A DNA stretch of 53,440 nt from an uncultured Eubacteriales bacterium (GTDB lineage: Bacteria > Bacillota > Clostridia > Oscillospirales > CAG-272), in NCBI GenBank assembly GCA_902462015.1, contig CABPZV010000001.1:1-53440 (forward strand). Direction: 5' to 3'. Made by a program: the position numbers and the translations under genes. Each line of letters begins with the position of its first letter. Positions within the stretch are counted from its first letter, which is position 1. This document shows, piece by piece, positions 45,811 through 53,440 of the stretch. The notes under the pieces are model-generated. The model ran no database searches. It was not told the origin of the DNA and saw nothing but the letters and a program-made list of their open reading frames with translations.

Positions 45811-46383
45811 ATGCCTTTAGAGGGGCGGGACGAGCTACTCAGGACAATAGAAGCAATTTTGTTTGCGTCTGGTTATCCTGTCAGATTCAGCGTTATTGCT
45901 GATGTGCTTTCGATTGATGAGGAAAAAGCGCGGGAGCTTGTAGCAGAGCTTTCAAGGAGCTATGATGACCGCGGAATTGAGCTTGCCGTGCTCGGTGACG
46001 AATGTCAGCTCTGCAGTAAATCTAAATATGAAGAGCCCGTACGGGCGGCACTTGGAATAAGACGGGGAACAAAGCTTTCCCAGGCACTTATGGAGGTCCT
46101 TTCAATCGTTGCGTACCGTCAGCCGGTGACACGTGCATATATTGAACAGGTTCGCGGTGTTGACTGCTCGTATTCGATTACATCGCTGCTCGACAAGGGA
46201 ATGATAGAGAATAAGGGGCATTTGGAGCTTCCGGGCAGGCCTGCGCTTTACGGAACAACTTCCGATTTTCTCCGCGTTTTTGGGTTATCCTCCTTGCAGG
46301 AGCTTCCGCCGATTGAGCTTTTTGACTCTGTAAATAAAGAAGACGGAGATATTTCCGGAGAATCGTCTGACGGAGCAGAATAG
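45811..46383 (+). CDS. scpB: segregation and condensation protein B
   Basis: IEAILFASGYPV, and tandem winged-helix pattern LMEVLSIVAYRQPVTRAYIEQVRGV. Confidence 0.92.
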   Translation: MPLEGRDELLRTIEAILFASGYPVRFSVIADVLSIDEEKARELVAELSRSYDDRGIELAVLGDECQLCSKSKYEEPVRAALGIRRGTKLSQALMEVLSIVAYRQPVTRAYIEQVRGVDCSYSITSLLDKGMIENKGHLELPGRPALYGTTSDFLRVFGLSSLQELPPIELFDSVNKEDGDISGESSDGAE

Positions 46384-46403
46384 AGCAAATATTTATTACG
46401 GAT

Positions 46404-47081
46404 GTGGCAGATATGGTATGGATTATTGTATTGCTTTGCATTATTTTAACTGTTTTCCTTATTTTAACGTTGAGACTTGGGCTTCGAATACGCTATTCAG
46501 AAGAAAAAGGTTTGACGGTTGTGCTTACCGCGGCCGGAGTTCCATTGAGGCTTATATATCCGGAAACAAGAAAAACGGTAAAAATCAGACTTCGTGATTT
46601 TACTCCGCGTGCTGTGAAAAAAAGAAGAGAAAAATCAAATAAAGAAAAGTTCAAGTCAAGGAAAATCAGCCGGAAGCAGAACGGAAAGAATGAAAAAAGA
46701 AAACAAACGTTCTCAGATAAGCTGGAAATGCTGCGTCAGATTATACGGATCGTCAGGCTCTTGCTTAGACGGTTTCTCACATATTTGCGTACGGATATAA
46801 GATGTTTTGAAATTACAGTTTCCGGCATGGATGCTGCTGAGACTGCTATTGTATACGGTGCAGTATCTCAGAGCGCTGCATATTTGTTTGAATTGCTTGA
46901 TAATAATACAAATGTGCGATGGAAAAATGCGGATAAATGCGGTATTTATATAGATTTTGTAGGAGATCATTGCGAAGCTGCTGTCGATATTACATTATCA
47001 TTGCGCGTCTGGCAGCTGCTTGATTTACTCTGGCGTGGGATATCGTCATTGTCCTTTGCGGCTGAAAAGCGTATAGGATGA
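46404..47081 (+). CDS. hypothetical membrane-anchored protein, YtfI-like by position (DUF2953-type)
   Basis: N-terminal TM segment, a Lys/Arg-rich linker, and location directly upstream of ytfJ as in Bacillus ytfI-ytfJ. The start is GTG 46404 or ATG 46413. Confidence 0.5.
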   Translation: MADMVWIIVLLCIILTVFLILTLRLGLRIRYSEEKGLTVVLTAAGVPLRLIYPETRKTVKIRLRDFTPRAVKKRREKSNKEKFKSRKISRKQNGKNEKRKQTFSDKLEMLRQIIRIVRLLLRRFLTYLRTDIRCFEITVSGMDAAETAIVYGAVSQSAAYLFELLDNNTNVRWKNADKCGIYIDFVGDHCEAAVDITLSLRVWQLLDLLWRGISSLSFAAEKRIG

Positions 47082-47171
47082 TAATTATGGCTTCCGAACT
47101 CAATAGTATTAAAATTTTAAATGCTGTGTGTCAGCTTTCGCGGCCGGCCGCAGAAGAAAGGAATAAATGGT

Positions 47172-47669
47172 ATGGCTGATTCTGCATCAAATCTCGGTGA
47201 GATACTTAAAAATTCGATTGAAAGTATGAAGGATATTGCCGGAGTGAATACAATAATCGGAGATCCGATTAATACTCCGTCAGGAACTATTATAATTCCG
47301 GTGTCGAAGGTGTCTATGGGAATTGCTTCCGGTGGCCTTGATTACGGAAAAGGAGAGGGTACAAAAACAGCTCAGAGTTCGGAGGTAAAACGGAGCGGAA
47401 GAAAGAATTTTGGAGGCGGCGGAGGAACCGGAATCACTATTACTCCTGTCAGCTTTCTCGTAATTTCTGCGTCCGGGGATGTTGAAATTCTGAATGTCGG
47501 TGCCGATATGCCTCCTGCAGGACCTGTTGAATCGGTGGCGAATCTCATTGAAAAATCTCCCGATATACTGTCGCGTCTTAAAAATGTAGTTTCAGGCTTT
47601 AAGGGCGGTAAAGAAAATGATAAAGAGGGGAATACCTCTTCGGAAGGAGCCCCGGAAAAAGATCTGTGA
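47172..47669 (+). CDS. ytfJ: sporulation protein YtfJ (GerW family)
   Basis: IIGDPINTPSGTIIIPVSKVSMG and GGGGGTGITITPVSFLVI. Start moved to MADSASNLGE, downstream of AAAGGA. Confidence 0.85.
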   Translation: MADSASNLGEILKNSIESMKDIAGVNTIIGDPINTPSGTIIIPVSKVSMGIASGGLDYGKGEGTKTAQSSEVKRSGRKNFGGGGGTGITITPVSFLVISASGDVEILNVGADMPPAGPVESVANLIEKSPDILSRLKNVVSGFKGGKENDKEGNTSSEGAPEKDL

Positions 47670-47790
47670 TTTTGCCGATATTTTAGTTTTATTTTAAGCG
47701 GCGAAGCTTTTTCAGGCATACAAGTGAAATTTTGTGCATATTCATTCACCAGATGAGTTAACTTAATTTGTATTCGGACGGTGTTGGATA

Positions 47791-49218
47791 GTGAGAAAGA
47801 AAAATTCTTCAAATATAGGCAATTCCGGGACAGGCGCGACTGCTTTCTTTATGACAGCGGCTGCGGTTGGTACGGTTGCCGCAGTTCTTTTGTCATACGC
47901 AGTGTTATCGGTGTGCGCCGCACTGATAACTACCTCGTCGGGAGAATCGGCCGGGCTTCCGGCTTCTTCAGATATGGGAGTACTTTCCGATTCCTGCGGA
48001 GACGGTTATATTGCTGCTATGGCTTCGGTAAGTCTTCCGTCCGGCGCAGGAATCGGCGACGCCGTATTTACCGGTTCAAAGCCGGATGATGTGATGACTT
48101 CAACGGAAACCGGAACTGAAAAGCCGATTGTACCAAGTCTGTCGAAGGAGGCCGAAGAAGCTTTTCCTGAAATTTCGGTGTCCGCTGAATGTGCTGCTCT
48201 TATGTGCGTTGAAACCGGGGAGCTGCTTTACGAAAAAAATGCTGATCTTCGCCATGCCATGGCGAGTACGACAAAGATTATGACTGCGCTTGTGGCACTT
48301 GAAAATTGTAAGCTTGATAATACGGTTACAGTATCCTCGGATGCGGTAGGTATTATAGGCTCCTCCGTGTATTTGTATGCGGGAGAACAGATGACGATGG
48401 AGTCTCTTCTCTACGCTCTGCTTCTTGAAAGCGCAAACGACGCTGCTGCGGCAATTGCAATAGAGGTATCCGGCAGCATAGAAGGCTTTGCTGAGCTTAT
48501 GAATGAAAAAGCTGCTTCTCTTGGATTGGAACATACGCATTTTACAAATCCGCACGGGCTTGATAACGAGGATCATTATACTACAGCCCGCGAGCTGGCG
48601 GCGCTTACTTCGGCTGCTCTCCAAAATGAGACCTTCCGCGAGATTGTATCTACATATAAAAAATCGATTGAAATGCATAACGGACAGGGAAGCCGTCTGC
48701 TGATAAATCATAATAAACTCTTGAAAAGCTATGACGGAGCAATCGGGGTGAAAACCGGTTATACCTCAAACAGCGGCAGATGTCTTGTTACAGCGGCGAG
48801 CCGCGACGGACTGACTTATATCGCAGTAACTCTTAATGCGCCTGATGACTGGAACGATCACCGTAAAATGCTTGACGCCGGTTTCGGTTATTATGTCGGG
48901 GTGACTCTGGCTGAGCCAGGCTCCGAGAGTAGGTCTCTTCCGGTTGTCGGGGCGAAGGATACCGACAGCATAACGGTGTCAAATCATAACGGAGCATCCG
49001 CTATTCTTCGTTCCGGCGACACCAGCGTAACCTCTGTTGTTGAGCTGCCGCATTTTGTATATGCGCCGGTTAGTGAAGGTGTACAGATTGGGAAAATCCG
49101 ATATTATCACGGTGATACTGAAGTTGGATCGGTTGAATTATATACGGAAACCGGAGCGGAGGAAGAAGAGATCAAGCTGTCGTTTTTTGATAAGCTTAAA
49201 GCGATATTTGGATTTTGA
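47791..49218 (+). CDS. dacB: D-alanyl-D-alanine carboxypeptidase (peptidase S11, PBP5-like)
   Basis: SxxK (ASTTK), SxN (ESAND) and KTG (VKTGYT). The symbol is assigned only from synteny with scpAB and rluB as in Bacillus. The N-terminal region is unusually long. Confidence 0.8.
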   Translation: MRKKNSSNIGNSGTGATAFFMTAAAVGTVAAVLLSYAVLSVCAALITTSSGESAGLPASSDMGVLSDSCGDGYIAAMASVSLPSGAGIGDAVFTGSKPDDVMTSTETGTEKPIVPSLSKEAEEAFPEISVSAECAALMCVETGELLYEKNADLRHAMASTTKIMTALVALENCKLDNTVTVSSDAVGIIGSSVYLYAGEQMTMESLLYALLLESANDAAAAIAIEVSGSIEGFAELMNEKAASLGLEHTHFTNPHGLDNEDHYTTARELAALTSAALQNETFREIVSTYKKSIEMHNGQGSRLLINHNKLLKSYDGAIGVKTGYTSNSGRCLVTAASRDGLTYIAVTLNAPDDWNDHRKMLDAGFGYYVGVTLAEPGSESRSLPVVGAKDTDSITVSNHNGASAILRSGDTSVTSVVELPHFVYAPVSEGVQIGKIRYYHGDTEVGSVELYTETGAEEEEIKLSFFDKLKAIFGF

Positions 49219-49242
49219 CATAGTTGAAAGGGATTTGTCCGC

Positions 49243-50001
49243 ATGGACCTTGATAATAAAAAGAATGAAGTTAAAGGGGAATGTGTCCGTATTCAAAAAT
49301 ATATCTCAGACTGCGGTATAATGAGCCGCAGAGCTGCGGAACGCGAGATAAGGCTGGGCAATATTAAAATTAACGGAATTTGTGCGGAACTTGGCGGTAA
49401 AGTCGATCCTGCGTCAGACGTTATCACTATCCGGGGCAAACAGATAAGGGGTAAAGATAAAAAGATAACCGTTATGCTTAATAAGCCTGCAGGGTATATT
49501 ACAACACTGTCGGATGAGTATGGCCGAAAGTGCGTGGCGGATCTTGTATCGGATTATGGTGTGCGTCTGAATCCGGTGGGGCGGCTCGATAAGGATTCCG
49601 AGGGGCTCTTGCTGATGACTAACGACGGAATGCTTCTGCAGCATCTTACGCATCCGCGCTATAGTCTTCCTAAAGTCTATATTGTAACGGTAGATACAGT
49701 AATAACCGATAATCAGTTTAATTATCTCAGAGAACCTATGGAAATAGACGGTTATAAAATACGCCCTGTTCTATCGGAGATATTAGAAAGCTCATCAGAA
49801 GGTCATACGGTTTTACGTATGACGCTTCACGAGGGAAGAAACCGGCAGATACGAAAAATGTGCGCTGCAGCTGGACTTTCAGTAATTCGTCTTGAACGAG
49901 TTGCAGTCGGCGAGCTTACACTTGGAGAACTTCGTCCCGGGGAAAGCAGGCTTCTCACTGCCTCACAGCTTGAATATTTGTATTCGGCACTTAGCCTGTA
50001 A
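49243..50001 (+). CDS. rluB: pseudouridine synthase, RsuA/RluB family, with N-terminal S4 domain
   Basis: RIQKYISDCGIMSRRAAEREI (S4 domain) and catalytic GRLDKDSEGLLL. Confidence 0.88.
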   Translation: MDLDNKKNEVKGECVRIQKYISDCGIMSRRAAEREIRLGNIKINGICAELGGKVDPASDVITIRGKQIRGKDKKITVMLNKPAGYITTLSDEYGRKCVADLVSDYGVRLNPVGRLDKDSEGLLLMTNDGMLLQHLTHPRYSLPKVYIVTVDTVITDNQFNYLREPMEIDGYKIRPVLSEILESSSEGHTVLRMTLHEGRNRQIRKMCAAAGLSVIRLERVAVGELTLGELRPGESRLLTASQLEYLYSALSL

Positions 50002-50095
50002 ATAATTTCTATCTGTAAGAATTCTTTTCAGGGTATAATTATGATTATAAAATAATATAGAGAAGTACATAATAAATGTACATTTTTGTGATATA

Positions 50096-50304
50096 TAAAA
50101 AGCTTCCGTATTCCTAATAGAGTTTCAATAAGAGGCTTGCCCCGTCAAATGGTGTGGCAACCATTCAGTAGGAGATTGTATCTTCCACTGAATGGGGTTG
50201 CCACGCCGCCTTAGAGGCCACCGCCTTAAGAGACGATCGCCATTAAGGCTGCAGCCCTAATGGCGAGACATCTTGCCTAAGTTATAAGGAATACGGAATT
50301 TTTG
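50096..50304. terminator. bidirectional intrinsic terminator whose loop is occupied by repeat R5
   Basis: AAAAA (50097-50101), stem TTCCGTATTCCT (50104-50115), exact complement AGGAATACGGAA (50287-50298), then TTTTT (50299-50303). Between the stem halves lie 8 nt of loop (aatagagt) plus the 163-nt R5. Confidence 0.7.
50124..50286 (+). repeat. modular intergenic repeat, copy R5 (forward orientation, 4 internal units, palindromised core flanks)
   Basis: TTCAATAAGAGGCTTGCCCCGTCAAATGGTGTGGCAACC, then the core, then GGGGTTGCCACGCC in place of boxC, then GCCTTAGAGGC, GCCTTAAGAGAC, CGCCATTAAGGC and GCCCTAATGGCG, then AGACATCTTGCCTAAGTTATA. Confidence 0.92.
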
Positions 50305-50320
50305 TTTTTATATTTACAAT

Positions 50321-53236
50321 TTATTCAGTTTCGTTATTGATTACCATTTCCATGAACTGCTGTCTTGTAATTAGAACGGTACGGGGCTTCTGACCTTCGG
50401 GAGGTGAAACGACGCCCATATCTTGCATTCTGTCGATAAGCTTAGCGGCTCTTCCGTACCCCAGCGATAAACGGCGCTGAATCAGAGAGGTGGATATTTT
50501 ACCGTTATCTACCGCCAGCTCAATGGCTGATTTAAGCATGGGGTCAAATCCGTCGCCGTCAAATCCGTCCGCGGCCGAAGATCCTCCTCCGCCTTTTTTG
50601 CCTCCTGATGTTCCGCATTTCTGAGCTTCCTGCTCTATCTGTTCAATTATGCCGTCATCATAGTTGCCGGTTCCATAGGTTTTGGCAATGAAACTAATTA
50701 TATTGTCTATTTCTGTTTCGCTGACATATGCTCCTTGAACACGTATCGGCTTTGTTGAACCTACAGGAGAGAAAAGCATGTCTCCGCGTCCGATCAGTTT
50801 CTCAGCTCCAGTCATATCGAGAATAACGCGGGAATCCATCTGCGCGGATACTCGAAATGCGATTCTTGAGGGAATATTTGCTTTAATAAGGCCTGTAATA
50901 ACATCTACAGATGGGCGCTGAGTTCCAAGTATCAGGTGCATACCGGCCGCACGTGCTTTTTGTGCAAGACGGCAGATTGATTCCTCTACATCGTCGGGAG
51001 CGGTCATCATGAGGTCGGCAAGCTCGTCGATAATTATGACAATCTGCGGGAGCTTTTCAGTGTCGCGGTCGTTTTCTACAGCCTTGTTGTATCCTTTGAG
51101 ATCTCTAACGCCTACTTCCTCGATAAGACTGAATCGGCGTTCCATTTCGGTAACTGCCCACTGCAGTGCGCCTGCTGCCTTTTTAGGGTCGCTGACTACG
51201 GGGACAAGAAGATGCGGAAGTCCGTTGTATATATTTAACTCAACCTTTTTAGGATCAATCAATATAAACTTGACTTCATCCGGCTTTGCCTTGTAAAGCA
51301 GACTTACAATCATGCTGTTGATGCAGACGGATTTACCCTGTCCTGTAGCTCCTGCAATCAGCAGATGAGGCATTTTGGCGATGTCAAGGTAAATCGGTTC
51401 TCCGGCAACGTCTTCTCCGAGTGAAGCGGTCAGCTTACTTTGCGCAGAAGTGAATTTTTCGTTCGAGACAAGCTCTCTCAGATAAACGGTCGCTACGATC
51501 CGATTCGGAACTTCGATTCCGACGGCTGCTTTTCCGGGAATCGGAGCTTCTATACGTACGCCGGAAGCGGCAAGATTCAGTGAAATGTCGTCGACGAGCG
51601 CAGAGATAGCCCGTACACGTACGCCAGATTCCGGCGCAAGCTCATATCTTGTAATTGTCGGCCCGCGTGAAATGTTGATGACTTTTGCGCTGACTTTAAA
51701 GCTTGTAAGAGTATCTATGAGTTTTTTTGCCGTTGTCTGCAGTTCTTCGCTGATATCAGTGTTTATCGGGGAAACAGGTGCTGATAAAAGCGAAAGCGGC
51801 GGAAAAACGTACTTTTGATTTTTCTTCGGAGGTGCTTTTACCGACGCGATGTTAAGCGCATCCTTTTGGAGAAGCAGTTCCGGATCTTTTGGACCGTTAA
51901 TTATGTTTTCCGTGTAGGTGTCAAATTCCGCAGCACCTTCTCCGCTCTCATCGCTGTTACTCAGAAAACGTGTGAGCAGCTCATCGCTGATAGGATTTTG
52001 GTCTGATTCAGTCTGATGTTTTTCAGCAAAGCTGGCAAGCTTTTCTGCAGATTCGGTAACTCCGTTTGCGTGCCAGGCTTCATCTTCTTTTTCGATTATA
52101 TCGGCTATAGCATCAAATTTATCGTTCGAACCTGACTTATCCGGGGTATTGGGGTTTATATCATCGGATGGAATTCCTTGTGCTATGGCTTCGTTTTGCC
52201 TGTTTAGCACATTTTCAAAGATCGCTGGATCTATTTCGCTGAAAGTCTCGCTTTTCGTGCTTTCTTCCGTTTCAGTCTCGGCCTTTGGATCAGACGAATC
52301 CGCTTGATTTTCAGACGAAAAGATTCCGAATATTTTCGGAATTTTCTTAGAGATTTTTTCTTTTTCGGCGATGCTGTCAGATACCTCGTCTACCGATGTG
52401 TCAACCGACGAAATATCGAGCTGCTTTCCTTTCTTTTTTTCGCGGGTGTCTGAGCTGTTATTTATATCATTGTATGCTTTTTCGTTTGTATAATATTTTT
52501 GCTCATCAACCCATGCCGGTGTTTTTCTTGTATTTTCGTTGGCTTCTTCGTGCCTTTCACGCCTCTCGTGAATTTCATAGGCAATTCTCAGCCAAATCAT
52601 GTAAGGTGTAAGTCCGATATAAAATATACTGAGCAGTATTACAAGCACCAAAGATACAATCACAGTGCCGACAGATCCGATTCCGCGGCAGAGAAGCATG
52701 CCGATAAGTCCTCCTGCAGCTCCTCCTCCAATGCTGTTTTTGCCTTGCTCGAAGAAATATACTATATCCTCGGTCTTGTTTTCAATCATTTCTCCGCCGG
52801 TGAAAACATACAGAAGAACCGAAACAAAAACGATTAGAAAAAATGCGAAAATAACCTTATACCATACAGCATTGTTTTCGTGGTCACGGCGCCAGAAAAA
52901 TGCTCCGATAAAAATAAGAACGGGAACGATAACGGCTCCGCGCGAGAACAGACCATACAGTGTATTTTTTACAATCGGGCCAAGTCCGCCCATCATATCC
53001 GGAATTATCAGCGATAATGCTATAAGCAGTGAGATAAGAATAAGTATTCCCGGAAAAAGCTGAGTAAGCAATGTGTTTTTTGGTTTGGCAGCTGCGTTTT
53101 GTTTGTCTGCATGAGATTTATAAGTAATTTTTGACGATTTTGCAGCAGGTTTTTTTGTATTCCCTGCAGTTCTTGTCTTTCTTGTGCTTTTTGAATTTTT
53201 TTTGGATTTTGAAGAGGTTCCGGTTTTGCCGGCCAT
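50321..53236 (-). CDS. ftsK: DNA translocase FtsK/SpoIIIE
   Basis: N-terminal TM helices, a long acidic linker, Walker A GATGQGKS, Walker B IVIIIDELADL, and a C-terminal gamma domain. Start moved to M27 of the track ORF (MAGKTGTSS), downstream of AGGAAGGAAGG. The first 26 track codons read into repeat R6. Confidence 0.93.
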   Translation of the reverse strand: MAGKTGTSSKSKKNSKSTRKTRTAGNTKKPAAKSSKITYKSHADKQNAAAKPKNTLLTQLFPGILILISLLIALSLIIPDMMGGLGPIVKNTLYGLFSRGAVIVPVLIFIGAFFWRRDHENNAVWYKVIFAFFLIVFVSVLLYVFTGGEMIENKTEDIVYFFEQGKNSIGGGAAGGLIGMLLCRGIGSVGTVIVSLVLVILLSIFYIGLTPYMIWLRIAYEIHERRERHEEANENTRKTPAWVDEQKYYTNEKAYNDINNSSDTREKKKGKQLDISSVDTSVDEVSDSIAEKEKISKKIPKIFGIFSSENQADSSDPKAETETEESTKSETFSEIDPAIFENVLNRQNEAIAQGIPSDDINPNTPDKSGSNDKFDAIADIIEKEDEAWHANGVTESAEKLASFAEKHQTESDQNPISDELLTRFLSNSDESGEGAAEFDTYTENIINGPKDPELLLQKDALNIASVKAPPKKNQKYVFPPLSLLSAPVSPINTDISEELQTTAKKLIDTLTSFKVSAKVINISRGPTITRYELAPESGVRVRAISALVDDISLNLAASGVRIEAPIPGKAAVGIEVPNRIVATVYLRELVSNEKFTSAQSKLTASLGEDVAGEPIYLDIAKMPHLLIAGATGQGKSVCINSMIVSLLYKAKPDEVKFILIDPKKVELNIYNGLPHLLVPVVSDPKKAAGALQWAVTEMERRFSLIEEVGVRDLKGYNKAVENDRDTEKLPQIVIIIDELADLMMTAPDDVEESICRLAQKARAAGMHLILGTQRPSVDVITGLIKANIPSRIAFRVSAQMDSRVILDMTGAEKLIGRGDMLFSPVGSTKPIRVQGAYVSETEIDNIISFIAKTYGTGNYDDGIIEQIEQEAQKCGTSGGKKGGGGSSAADGFDGDGFDPMLKSAIELAVDNGKISTSLIQRRLSLGYGRAAKLIDRMQDMGVVSPPEGQKPRTVLITRQQFMEMVINNETE

Positions 53237-53286
53237 TATTTTTTTCCTTCCTTCCTGACCTTTAAGCAATCGTAATGCTGATAATA

Positions 53287-53440
53287 TATAACTTAGGCAA
53301 GATGTCCCTGCCATTAAGGCAAGCCATTAAAACTGCCGCTTTAATGGCGATCGCCTTTCAGGCGACGGGTTACATTCACCATTCAGTGGGAGATACAATC
53401 TCCGACTGGAATGGTTGCCACGCCATTTGACGGGGCGAGC
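53287..53440 (-). repeat. modular intergenic repeat, copy R6 (reverse orientation, 4 internal units), truncated by the window end
   Basis: TATAACTTAGGCAAGATGTCCCTGCC...GCCATTAAAACTGCCGCTTTAATGGCGATCGCCTTTCAGGCGACGGGTTACATTCACC, then the core, then GGTTGCCACGCCATTTGACGGGGCGAGC. Confidence 0.9.

Noticed and set aside
47670-47790. Sporulation sigma-factor (sigma-E-like, CATACA-type -10) promoter upstream of the dacB-like gene.
   Set aside because: GCATACAAG is present, but no ATATT-type -35 lies at a compatible spacing. The evidence is too weak to call.
53347-53356. GGCGATCGCC inside R6, and GATCGCC in R5, resembling the cyanobacterial HIP1 palindrome.
   Set aside because: It occurs only as part of boxD units of two copies. 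The gene content is clearly Firmicute. This is a chance similarity of a short GC-rich palindrome.
892-53440. Whether the dispersed repeats could be a CRISPR array or a set of arrays.
   Set aside because: Copies are 8-20 kb apart and separated by housekeeping genes. They occur in both orientations and are 135-165 nt long with internal substructure. There is no repeat-spacer periodicity and there are no cas genes.

Overview
This is a chromosomal, mostly housekeeping window from a medium/low-GC Firmicute, probably a spore-forming member of the Clostridia. Supporting synteny: tig-clpP-clpX, lon-engB, rnhB-yraN, scpA-scpB-ytfI-like-ytfJ-dacB-like-rluB, DUF1385-prmC, plus DUF1540 and S2P-type genes. 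I call about 46 CDS, including one partial gene at the left edge that is missing from the ORF track, and one tRNA-Gly(CCC). I also call several near-consensus sigma-A type promoters and several intrinsic terminators. Several track ORFs are trimmed to internal starts: secA, rpsU, thrC, PFOR, ftsK and others. I see no rRNA, CRISPR array, transposase, integrase, phage gene or recognisable defence or toxin-antitoxin system.

The main signal not explained by genes is a modular, highly structured intergenic repeat of about 135-165 nt. Six full copies are present (R1-R6), plus at least two degenerate fragments. It has constant end boxes, a 14-16 bp palindromic core, and a variable number of short mutually complementary units, an architecture like BOX or BIME elements. 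I do not recognise it as a named family. One copy sits exactly inside the loop of an intrinsic terminator. One supplies the stop codon of engB. Five of six have the same end facing the 3' end of the neighbouring gene.

Secondary observations:
- An AT-rich YtrA-type GntR/ABC module with a textbook promoter and operator.
- Degenerate catalytic motifs in a CPBP-like protein and an M23-like protein.
- An ApgM-family protein that may be a homoserine kinase, near thrC.
- Unusually long 5' leaders for lon, the DUF1385-prmC operon and secA.

All functional calls come from motif recognition by eye. No database search was possible.
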